A stretch of DNA of 64,000 nt from NCBI GenBank assembly GCA_013239625.1, contig MU056000.1, positions 11,669,175-11,733,174 of the forward strand, given 5' to 3'. A program made the position numbers and the translations under genes. The notes beneath the pieces were generated by a model. It worked only from the letters and a program-made list of their open reading frames with translations. It searched no databases and was not told the DNA's origin. Shown piece after piece: positions 40,350 through 51,968 of this stretch. Numbering within the stretch: the stretch's first letter is position 1; every line of letters starts with the position of its first letter. This DNA comes from Lama guanicoe (taxonomy: Eukaryota).

Positions 40350-41184
40350 GAATTAAGAATTTCAAGACAGCAATTGCAGAGCAGGAAACCCCAGGCGCGG
40401 GGTCTTTCTGTGTGGTGGGTCCTGTGTGACTGCTCTAGCCACACACTGTGCAGCCTGTCCTGGCTCCTGGCCACACCAACAGCTAGCTGGTCCTGCCAGG
40501 CCAGCTGTCAGCGATACGGGGTTGCTTTTCTCTTTCTCAGAGATATACATCTAGGTGCAAGAATTCTGGATCCCAGTATTGAAAAGGGGACAGGAGATTG
40601 AACTGTTCCCATGAAGTATGTCATGTTTCATTAAATGCCCTTGTTTTCAGTATCTCCACCATCAGCCAGAAATTCCCAAGCCTGAATTTCCTGCTTCAAA
40701 TTCTTCATAGAATAATCCTCAAGTCTTCTGCCAGGTAGGAGGAGCTAGAATCAGGATTAAAATGGAAGAAGAAAAGAGACCTGGGGGTAACTGCTTATAA
40801 CATATAAGTACTTGTAGACAATCTATCTGTCTTCAGTCCCACGCAAACCCCATTTTCAGAGGTATGCAGTACTTTCCATTTCCAAAAATGTCCATTTCTG
40901 GACTTTTGTGATAAAACCTGACTTGGCTTTCCCTCTCCGATTTATATTTCAATTTCTTCTGCATTGCTAATTCAGTTACCACTTGCTCATTTCCTTTCTA
41001 GTTCCCAAAATTATGTTGCTATTCCCTTTACGCCTTTTCTTTTTATCCTCTGAGCTTTTTGCCTTTCCAAAAGCTCTATAATTGTCATCTTAGTAAGGTT
41101 TTGGAAGGGCAGAATTGTTTGCACATGTGTAATCAAGTCTACATATTTAACTGAAAGTCTCTTGTTTATTTCCTTCCCCATTTA

Positions 41185-41674
41185 AAAAATTATTTTTTAT
41201 TCAGGTATAGTTGATTCATAATGTTGTATTAGTTTCAGGTGCTCAGCAAAGTGATTCATTTATCCAAATACATACACACACTCACATATATATATATTCT
41301 TATTAATATTTTTCCATGATATGTTATTACAAGATATTTAATACAGTTCCTTATGCTACACAGTAGGTCCTTGTTGCTTATCTATTTTATATATAATAGT
41401 ACATATATGTTAATCCCAAATTCCCAATTTTCCTCATTATCCCCTCTCCCCTTTCTTCTTTGGTAACCATAGTTTGTTTTCTATGTGTGTGAGTCTATTT
41501 CTGGTTTGTAAATAAGTTCAGTTGTACCATTTTGTTAGATTCCATAAATAAGTGATATCATATGATATTTGCCTTTCTCTGTCTGACTTACTTCACTTAA
41601 TATGATAATCACTAGGTCCATCCATGTTGCTACCAATGGCATTATTTCATTCTTTTTCATGGCTGAGTAGTATT

Positions 41675-41727
<53 letters not shown>

Positions 41728-41975
41728 ACCACAGCTTCTTTATCCAGTCATCTGTTGATGGACATTTAGGCTGCTTCCATGTCTTGGGTATTGTAAATAG
41801 TGCTGCTATGAACATAGAAGTGCATGTATCTTTTTGAAATAGAATTTTCTCCAGATATATGCCCAGAAGTGGGATTGCTGGATCATATGGTAAGTCTGGT
41901 TTTAGTTTTTTTAAGGAACCTCCATACTGTTCTCCATAGTGGCTGCACCAATTTACATTCCCACCAACATTGCCC
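41185..41975 (-). mobile_element. L1 3' end (ORF2 C-terminus plus 3' UTR)
   Basis: Peptides LPYDPAIPLLGIY...CTSMFIAALFTIPKTWKQPKCPSTDDWIKKLW and EYYSAMKKNEIMPLVATWMDL are the L1 ORF2p C-terminus. Confidence 0.95.
41680..41725. repeat. (TG)n microsatellite inside L1
   Basis: About 23 GT units. Confidence 0.97.
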
Positions 41976-42385
41976 TTTTCCCAACCCAGCAATAGCATGT
42001 ATCAGATACCTAATTCCTAACCGAACAGGTGTTTCAAGGACACAGTGATTCCTGCTTCTCCAGAAACTGCACCTGTCATGATGGTGAAGCCCCACAAGCA
42101 GCATCCATGCCTTGGGTTCCCCTGGCTCTGGAAATGAACTCAAGCTGGACCAGTCAGATGATCTGACCTTGGAGTCTGGACTTTGATCACAGATGAGAGA
42201 ATCAGGAGTTATCAGTAACCAAGGCAAATAAATGGCAGCACTCCAGAGGAAAGGCCCTGACATTGCATTACAGAGGACCCCAGAGCTACCATGGTCCTCA
42301 TACAGGGAAAAGTCCAGTGGGTCAGCTCTTTTTTTGTGTTCCATGAGATACTACCATACACCACATATGTTCTATGAGTTCTTCC

Positions 42386-42432
42386 TTTTTTTTTTTTTTT
42401 TTTTTTTTTATTTTTTTTTTTTTTTTTTTTTT
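42386..42432. repeat. Poly(T) tract, 47 nt with one A
   Basis: Directly visible. Confidence 0.95.
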
Positions 42433-44764
42433 GCTTAGACTAGTTCTTGATCACTGTAATTTCACTCAAAATAACCTAAAAGAGTGAAATGCACTCTCAA
42501 AAGTGCTGCTGTCAGTTGCCATGAAAGAGTGGGGTTATTGAGCTGCTGTTGTAAGAACCAAATATGTCCATCTCTTCCCACCCTCATGTTCAGTTACTTC
42601 ACATTGATAGCTTGGGACGGCCATGGAGGGAGTGATTAGACCACAAGAACTGATAAATGTTACAATTCAGGGATTTGGGGTTCCCTCCCTTCTCCCAACA
42701 AGAGACAGTGTTTAAACATTTAACAGCGCACCACTGATTGAAATTCTAGTTGTAAGTTTCCCTGGCTCTTCTAGTTGTAAATTTCCCTAAAGTGTGTGTA
42801 ACATTCTGCTTCTCTTTCTTCTCAAAGATGTTGTTAAGGTTTAAACAAGGTAAAGGCAACAAAGATTTTAAACGATTCAAACATTCAGTAACTTTTGATA
42901 ATATAAATCAGACAATTTAATTAATAGCATTGATTACTAATGACTTGTTTAAGGAGTAAATACTTTCTGAGAACAGGATGTACACTGGACGTACATAATC
43001 TTGACTGGCTTATTCATAACTTGAGGAAATAAAGATAATAAAATAACATTCTGAGCATATTATAAAAATAAGTGAGTAAATTCTCCACTCATTTCCTTTA
43101 GCAAACACAACAAACCCCAGCCACATAGAGGGAGAAAACTAAGTTTGCTTAGTTTTGCTGCCTTTTACTGCCCTCCCTCCTCTCTTAGATGCTAGGCAAT
43201 TTTAAGAACTTTTCTCTGAAAGACTAAAAGAATCATCTAGTCTGAAGGTGAAAAAATCAAGTGTCAGTATAAGCCATTATTTCTTCATACTTGTGTAGGA
43301 ATATATTTTACAAAGTGAATCTATATCCCTTATCTTGTTCAATTTTATTAACATCTATTTTTATTTTTGAGTCCCAATACAACTCTCACCTTGCCTTCTT
43401 TCCTTTACTTACCATAAAATAGAGGTTCTCAGATAAAGTATGGGCTGAATTTCAATTTCAAGCGCAGAGGAAGGATGCACAACTCCTACATTTAGATCCA
43501 TATCTTGAGCTCTGTGCTCTGTGCTCTGAACACTTGAATTACCATCAACTCGGTGTCCCTCACTGAAGATAGATGTTGAATCAGGACAGAGTGGATATTT
43601 ATCATTGCGAAAAAATATGCATAAGGTAAGCAATTCGGCTAGCTTTAGAAAACAGCCACCAAACAGGTGTCCTTGTTATTTACAGGGTGCTTTTGAGAAC
43701 ATAAAAGAAGGGACAGCCTTTGTCCACTGGGACTGCAGTTGAAGGACAAAACAGGAAATAGACCAACTAAGCAAGTCAGAAATATGAGCCAGAAGGAAAG
43801 CGGGCTTCATGGATGAGATATTACTGACTTTCCATCTCATTTCTCTTCTTCCTTGAGTCATCTCGCCAGTCTTCTCCACCAAGGGGGAGAATTTTACTAG
43901 GGGATTAGATTCAAAAGATTAGGTGAAACATAATTCTGAAAGCAAATTTGTAAGAGAGGGAGTCTGCTGAGAAACGCCTAAGAGAAATATGCTTTTCACA
44001 TATAAGAAGCAGCCTAAAAAATGTATCAGGTGATGGGGAATGTCAAGATCTGGAGAGAATGATGAAAAGACTGTATATGTACAAAGGAAAAATGAAATTT
44101 GCCAAAAACAAAGGAAGGAAGGGATTCATTTCACAGGCAGTTACTTCACGTAACAGAGTATTACGTGTTTATTTGCCAACAATTCAGAATTATATAGCTC
44201 TCACGATCCACGTTTTCACTTCCACACAAGAATAAAAATTGCAAAGGGAGCCAGAGGCAGAAAGTGATCTTCTTCAACTTTTGCCCTTAAAGGTAATTTC
44301 CCCCAACCCCATTTCAGGTGCCAAATAAATGCTTGCCCACCAAGCCTCCTCCTAGCTCTGTTATCTTTAAACTTTATCTCTGATTTAGAATGCAAAGCTT
44401 TGCTTAGGTAAAGGAATTTCGGGCATCACTGAGCAGTCAATGAAAGTGTTTTTGCCCAATCTCGTGGAGCCAATTACATATGATCACTGGTGTATTTCAT
44501 ATATTTTTAATTATCTTTTAACTCTTGAGGCAAGCAAAAATATATAACTTGACAATGCTGATAACTTATTGGGGATAAATATGTGAAATGCTCAAGATGA
44601 TAAAAGAATATGCATGTTGCAAAACTGGATAATTTCATGGCCATTGGCAAAGCTGAGGGCTGGCTATAAAAGATCTTCTCAACAAAAGAAAAGACAGATC
44701 TCTGCAATTTGGTGATCCTTGGAAACCTCCACAAATACAATCATGACAATTTCTTCCACCCTAC

Positions 44765-45480
44765 ATTTATTCACTCATTCAACAAACATTTACCTAGCAG
44801 CTACTCTGTGTCACGCCGTCACGTTCACACTGTATGAGCAGAAGCATTGCCTCCTCTAGAGGATCTTACATTACAGTTAAAGGGAGGAAAACAGGCAAAC
44901 AAATACACAAGAAAAATGTCAGATGGTGACCAGATGCTCTAGAGGTTCCTCCAAGAAGGTAATATGTGTATTAAGCCAATATGCTTGGCAATAGGAAGCA
45001 AGCAAGCGAAGATCTGGGAGGAAGAACATTCCAAGCAGTGGGAGTGGGTGTCTAGCGTGGCAGGGGCAGATGTGGCTGGAATGTGGGGGTGAGCGGGGTG
45101 GGTGTGAGGTGAAAGTGGAAATGTGAACCGAGGCTCATCATAAAAAGTGGGCATTGTGATGGGAAGAGAGATTGGATTTTGCCCTGATTACTCTGGAAAG
45201 CCTTTGTAGGGCTCTACAAAGGCAGTGATGAGATCAGATTTAAGCTGTTAAAAATCACACTGGCTGCTGTGCACAGGCTGGATCTCAACGTATCAAGAGT
45301 GAAAGCAGAGAAATAAATTAAGAAACAATCATGATCGCTTAAATGAAAGCTGACAATGGCTTAGATGAGGTTAACAGGAATAGAACCAGTCGAAGGGGTC
45401 AGGACACGTCTTAGAAGGACCCTCAAGGAGAGTTGCTTATGAACTGGATAGGGACATGTGGAAGGAAAGAAACAATTCAT
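44765..45480 (-). mobile_element. L2 LINE 3' part
   Basis: Starts atttattcactcattcaacaaacatttac (reverse L2 terminus). Confidence 0.8.
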
Positions 45481-45489
45481 GACGTTTCT

Positions 45490-45740
45490 GCAGTGGGCAG
45501 CTAGCGAGCCTTGACCTTCCTTGGCGTGTAGCTGCATCACTCTGCTTTCTGCCTCTGTCTTCACAAGCCTGTCTTCACTCTGTGTGTCTGTGTCCCCTTC
45601 TCTTTCTGACAACACCAGTCATGGGATTTAGGTGTCACCCTAATCCAGTACAACCTCATCTTAACTTGATTACACCTGCAAGAACCCTATTTCCTCTGCG
45701 TGGACAAGAATTTTAGGAGACACTACACAATCCAGTACAG
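45490..45740 (-). mobile_element. MLT1B/C-like LTR fragment
   Basis: ttccttggcgtgtagctgcatcactc...caccagtcat...ggatttagg...caccctaatccagta. Confidence 0.8.
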
Positions 45741-45935
45741 CAACCAGGGGTCTGCACAGTTCTCCTCAAGGGACTGCTCTCTTAGGGAAACAGAGTCATG
45801 TAGCAAAGGCTCACCCCAGGCTCATTAGGCTCATGTGGTGATCGGAGCATTAGCAAGAGGTGAGTAGAGGAGAAATGGAACACACTAATAGCAGATTATA
45901 TCTCAACTTTGTAGGTGACAGGCAGCATCGGCAAG

Positions 45936-46320
45936 TGTTATGGCTTAAATTGTGTCCCCCAAATTCATATGTTAAGGCCTTACCTCCCCATGTGACTGTT
46001 TGGAGATTGGGTCTTTATGGAGGTAATTAAGGTTGAATGAGGTCATAAGGATGGGGCCTTATCCACTAGAATTGATGCCCTTAAAAGAAGAGGAAGAAAC
46101 TGCAGCAGTCTCTCTCCACACTCATACAGAGGAAAGGCCAGGTGAGGCCACAGGGAGAAGGTGGCCACCTACAAATCAGGAGGAGAGTTCACCCCAGATA
46201 CCAACCCTGACCGCACTTTGATCTGGAACTTCGAGCCTCTAGAACTGTGAGAAAATAAATATGTGCTGTTTAAATGCCCCAATCTGTAGCGTTGTGTAGC
46301 CCTAGGAAACCAGGACAGCA
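45936..46320 (+). mobile_element. MLT1A-like solo LTR
   Basis: TGTTATGG...tgtgtcccccaaattcatatgtt...gaggtaattaaggtt...gcctctagaactgtgagaaaataaat. Confidence 0.88.
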
Positions 46321-47039
46321 AGTCTTCACTTCAGGAACAATAAATAGGAGCCAAATACCCCACAGACATCAAGGCGAGGTGAGGGAAGATCAAGGTATGG
46401 TCTGTCCTGGAGACACACATCTCTTAAATCTTCCTGACAGAGTTTCTGATTTGATGATAAAGAACTTTCATTAAACAAATATTGATGGCATGCTTACTAT
46501 GTACAAGTCATTAGTTGCATTGCTAAATTTCAGACACTTGCCAAGATCTAGTGGACATTAGTGGACCTGGGTCTGAAGCCAAAGAGCGAGTGGCTTTGTT
46601 GAGTCGCTATGTGCTTCTCCTTTCCTCTACAGTAAATGGAAATAACGTCACCTTCTGGCGTCCCGAGTGCAAAGAGGGGAGAACGAAATCCGTGCTGTGA
46701 AGTAATAGGATATTAACTATTTCTTGATATTGGGGAAAACATATTTTTTTTAAAAAAAAAACTAGTAACCATATTCTAGACACTATAGGCATTGTTTCTA
46801 TGTCATCTCTAGCAAGAAGAACTAAAATTATTTCATCTTCTTCCTTAAGTTTTCTACGTCTTCCTTCATGCTCTAGTCCAAGCCATTTTCCATTTAATTA
46901 CTACATGGGGAATCATTTTGACCCTTGGTAACAAGTTTAGAAGCTTCTTGCAGTCTGATTTCACAGTTTATATTTACTCTAAGCTCTTCTTGGATGGGCT
47001 CCCTGGAAGAGCATACAAACAGAAACCAACGGGTCACTT

Positions 47040-47350
47040 TGAAGGTCTGATTTGGTTTAACATCTTTATTGACAACCTGGAAGAATGTGAAATCGTCACT
47101 GTAATGAAATCTGATTCTAAATTGGGAGTTGTCGCAATGGCAGAGGAATAAATTGAGGAGAAAACCACAGAGTAACTGAAATTCAACTTGGTAAGTTACT
47201 ACTGAATATATCTGAGAACTGAAAAAGAATCCAAAACATGAACTGTCAATGGATGAGTGAAGTCAGTCAAATACTAATGTCCTAAAAGACCCGAGGGTAA
47301 TGGCGAAGTTAATCATGCACGTGCGAACTCAGATGGGCTGGGAAATGATC
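47040..47350 (+). mobile_element. CR1/L3 LINE reverse-transcriptase remnant
   Basis: Peptide GLIWFNIFIDNLEE...MKSDSKLGVVA resembles the CR1 RT motif GPVLFNIFINDL...KFADDTKLGGVA. Confidence 0.6.
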
Positions 47351-47639
47351 GATGCAGTTTTGTACAGCAAATAAGGAGGCAGCGAAAGGAAGCAAAATGG
47401 AGAGGACTGGTAGATGGCATCTAGAACTTGATACTGTATTGGATGTGTTACCACTCAGAAGCTTCTCTCAATCACAGACACGCTGAATACATATATCAAA
47501 GGAAAAGTGGAAGGAGAGGACTGACGTTGAAAAAGCAAGTTGAATGGCGGATGAAAGCAGATAAATAGCAAGTGGCTGCATTCCAAATTATTCAACGTTA
47601 CAGAAAGTGGTGTGCTTCGTAAGTAAGAATTTCAAAACC

Positions 47640-47865
47640 AGACTGTTTCTGAGTCTCTCATTCAGCCTCCTGTGTATTTCGCCTTGAGAGCTGAGAATCT
47701 CTCAAAGCCTCAGTTTCTCAGTCTGAAAAAATGAAACAGTAAGAATACTTGATTCTTAGGGTTGTTTGAAGAGTGAAAGAGATAGTGCGTGTAAGAAATT
47801 AGTACAATCCCCAATACACAAGTGCTCAGTAAGTGCTAAGCACAATAAGTGACAATATTAATAAT
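47640..47865 (+). mobile_element. MIR SINE
   Basis: agcctcagtttctcagtctgaaaaaatg...tagggttgtttgaagagt...aagtgctcagtaagtg. Confidence 0.8.
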
Positions 47866-50800
47866 GACCTACACATCATTAAGTTCCTTTACATTAATGT
47901 ATGTATATTTTGTCACACATTTTTACCCTTTTAGTGATGATTTTCGCACGGGAATTTTTCTAGACATGACATTCAACTTAGAGTTTCCACCCAACAATTC
48001 GACAGCCACTACGCCAGCACAGTATTCATTTTAAGTAGTTCACTGTCCCCCGTCACTTTCTCCGGCGCCTAATTCTACCATCTGTCCTCCCGTATCTTCT
48101 TAATCAGAATGGCCCTAATAGCAGTCCTGGATCTCGTGCTTTTTTTTTAAACTAAGAGAACATGGAATGAGAGCCAGATGGTAAATTTGAGCATATCTAG
48201 GACAATCACTTTATTTAGCTACAAAAACAAACAAAATTAAACAGTTGTTTCTCCTTTCTATCCATTGGTTTCCCTGGCCAGATAAGTCCTTGAACTTTTT
48301 TAGATGACGAAAATTTCCATCCGCTCACCAGGTACCGCATGTCCTTTCAAACTACGGGATATCAAAGAAAGAGCGTATTTTGGTTGTGCCATTTTTAAAA
48401 GTCCCAGTCGTTGTGTGGCTGTTTTTTATTACCTGTGTCAGGTCTTTTCTCTGATTTTTTTTTAAGCTGAAGGGCAAAGGGAGACATTATTATTAAAAAG
48501 GTAAATATTTGAAGGGAATTGCAATGTGAACTAAGGGAAACAGAGACGGACAAACTGTGATGACCCCACTCGCTCAGGAAAATTATGTAAATGACCAGGT
48601 TAAAGAGCTTCCTCCTTGTTGAAGTTTGCAAACTTCACTGCTTCCCAGAGACACGAAGATAATGAAGTGTGTTCCCATAAAGGGCCTTTTCTGAGGTTAG
48701 AGTCTGACCTACCCCCTTGTTATCCAGATCCTACTGTATTAATTAACCAGAGCAAATTCCTTTTTCCCTTGCAAACTTGTGCTCCAATGGTCTGATCAAT
48801 CTGATAACACTAAAACAAGAACCGTTCTAGTACCAAAGATTTTATTCCGGGAAAAGAAATGAATGACATGATACTTTCACATACTAGCCCAGACATGTCA
48901 ATTTCTTTTTCCAAATTGTACATTTTTTGAAGAGTTGGTAAAAATGATCCAGCAGATTCTGGCAGAGATATTACTTTAAGGTAATAGATCCATCATCTCA
49001 AACTTTTCTGTGTCATCTTGGATTTTAATGCCATTGAAATAGGCTTTTAGGCTATTTCCACTGAGGCACCAAATTAAATTTAATAAATAATTATTAAGAA
49101 GCTTGCGGAGGGGGGTTCACTTGATTAGTTCGTCAAATGTCGCCCTTCTTCCCTTAACACAGTATCTTCACATGACCCCTGAGACAACATATTTTCACAT
49201 TTACCATACATTTTTCAGACATTTATTTTTGCCTGAAAGAAATTTTTCCTCAAGAAATGGAAGTGGTACTCTCCTTTTCTGTAAATATAAACATTAAAAA
49301 AATATCATATTCTACTTTGGAATTCAGTCACATTAACAACGCTATTGTTTAGGGAAATATTTTTTCCAACACAAAACTTGCTAATATATTCCAGATGTGT
49401 ATCCATTAACCATCCATTAACCAACCAGTTTTTGGCCTACAACTGAGAGGTGGCTTGTCTTTGTTCTGTTTGAGATGAATGTTCTCCCAGCTTACTGAAA
49501 CAGAAATGACAGAACGTTAATTTGCTTTTTACTTGTACGCTATGTGTAACAATCAAATAAGCCATTACACAAGGCATATTGAATTCTTCTCAGCTTGGGA
49601 CATGCAGGTCACATGTCTCCCTGTTTGAGGCACAGTGATGTGGAACAAAAGATTGGATCCCTCAGGTGGTTTGATAAAGTACCCCACCTGCTCGCCAGGT
49701 GTGGCGAGCACCATATTTTGGTTAGTTGTTTTATGTCAACCTGGCTTCAGTCTGGGGTAAATAAGATTTCTCTGAGAACTTGTCTGCATTAACTAGCAGT
49801 TTCTTTGGGCTGAGGAAAGCAATCATAAAGAGAATGAAAATGTATTTTTCCCTTACACGTGGTATTTTTCTGAGGTGCATGTTTCTTTTTTTACAAGTGT
49901 TTCGGCTAGATAAAACTAATTCTTGATTTTTCCTATATAGATTTTGTTAAAAAATATTTTGTTCTTCAAGTATCATTTAGGCTTCCTTTTGTGGAAAAAC
50001 AAAACAAAAAGCTGTTTACTTGGAAGAAGAGAAGAGTCTTCTCGTAGCACCTCGGCTTTGCTTCTGTCTCCATCAATGACCGGCATGATTTCACGCTCTC
50101 ATCAGCATTAAGGAGGTAAGCTCTCCCAACATCTGCCTCTGGATCATCTTGTCTGGGACAGTTTGGAACATTTACGAACTTCAGTCTGTACCAATACGTG
50201 TTATTATGCCTCATATGATTGAATCATACATTTTCTGCTCCGTCAAGGTTATCCGGATATCTGGAGCAAATTCCATTTTGTTGTAAGTAGAAAAGCAAGC
50301 TGTCCTACAATTAGATTCGACAGCACAGCATTAAACGTCTGCTACCTTGGGGGTGTTTTTCACTTTTTAGATTAAAATGCCTGATAAAAGCATTTGTGTA
50401 TTTTCAGTTGCCATTTATTGCCTGTGAATTAGAAGGCTATTCTCCTAAAATGTCTTGGGTTATGGGAGGGAAAGGTTGGTGACTGTGTCTCTGTTACTTC
50501 CTAAAGAAAATGGGTCCTTTATTTATATCACTAAGCCACTTCTGACTCTAAATTGTTCTGCTTGTAATTGATACATTGTCCTTTAAATGTTTCTACATTG
50601 TGAGCACTGTATTGCTTTAAAAACAGTTAAAAAGTACTTATGCACCTGGAATTCTGTTCTATGAGGAGGGAAATTAAAGAGACAAAAGAAAGAGGAAGGA
50701 AAAAAGCTAGTCCTCAAAGTGTTTAAAGCTTCAGGGGTGAAAAAAATAGTGGTGAAAAAATAGAACACAGTGAAATAAAATGTTTAATAAGTGTTGACAT

Positions 50801-50899
50801 TCAGAGTGTAGAGTTAACTGGACATTTGAGGAAGCCAAAATTACAGGGAACTGGAGACACTTTCAGGGAAAGGATTCTAGATTTTTCAAGATCCCTGAG

Positions 50900-51052
50900 C
50901 CACCTGCATGAGAACCAGGTACTCTTACCCATGCAGGTTCTGGGGCCCCACGCCATCCTTGCTGAATCAGAAGAGCTAAAATGACACCCAGGAATTTGCA
51001 TATTAACACTTCCCCAGTGATTCATATGCTCAATGGAGTCTGAGAGCTGCTT
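50900..51052. mobile_element. MER5-type hAT DNA transposon remnant
   Basis: atgcaggttctggggcccca...ctgaatcagaa...cccaggaatttgcatattaaca...ccccagtgattc. Confidence 0.75.
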
Positions 51053-51277
51053 AAATATTCAGTCCGAAGCCCTGAAAAATAACACCAGACGTCTACTTGT
51101 CTAGTTGGTCTTTAATTCATCAAATAACGTAACCAAATATATGTCTCACTTACCTCTCCCAGGTATCAAAGTGCTCTGAGGGATAAAACCCTCTGTCATG
51201 TAACAGTCCCCTCAATATCTCTCATCTCTCACCTCGACTCCTCCGACAGCCTTCTTGTAGGCATCTCAGCTCCCTCC

Positions 51278-51968
51278 TGTTACTGAAACTCAGGTCTGGC
51301 TGCTTGCCTCTCAGATACCAGTACTTGAGAATCTAGTGTTGGTAAAAAGAAAAGTTTGCTTTAATCTGGAGGCTGGCACTCAGGGGAGAGGGCAGACTCA
51401 TGTCCAAAGGCCAACTCTTCTCTGCTGATCAGTAGGCAAGAGCTTTTAAAGGGGAGTTTCAAGTGGGGCCCAGGCAGAGGGAGGGGGCTACATGCGGAAC
51501 AGCACAGTCAGTCCTGACAGTCACCTTGAGGTCAGCCATGCTAGTGATCTCATCAGTGTCATCTTGATTGTTTTAAGTACAGTTAATCTTCAGTCTCAGG
51601 GTCAGTTTTTTCCCATTTCTTTGAAGCCAGTTCTGAGAATTGTGGCAGCTTATGTCATGGCTACAGACTGGTCATCATGTAGTTAACTTTTTCTACCTGG
51701 TGGGGGTTTCAGTATCTACTAAACAGCTCAAAAGATGTGGCTCAGAATATTATCTAGAGTCCTTGAGGAGGAAATAAGGATCCTTGACTTTGTTTAATAA
51801 CTAAACTATTATTTTGTTCTGCTTGACTGTTTCCCTTTGTTTCTGTATTTCCTTAATTCTCTGATTAAACTTAGTCTTTGACTAAAGTTTTTCTCCAGAA
51901 AAGATGCAGGCGGAGGACATGGGGTGGGTCTGTCCAGGCAAGGCCCCATGGGGTCCTAGGCTGTTTCA
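51278..51968 (-). mobile_element. Full-length ERV1-type solo LTR (~690 bp) inserted in an L2
   Basis: TG...CA termini (tgttactgaaa...ctgtttca) with a near 4-bp TSD, ctcc/ctct; L2-like sequence resumes on both sides. Confidence 0.75.

Noticed and set aside
42744..42789. Short direct repeat ttctagttgtaa.tttccct (also small pairs near 25026-25058 and 49401-49422)
   Set aside because: Ordinary two-copy slippage duplications with no further structure.
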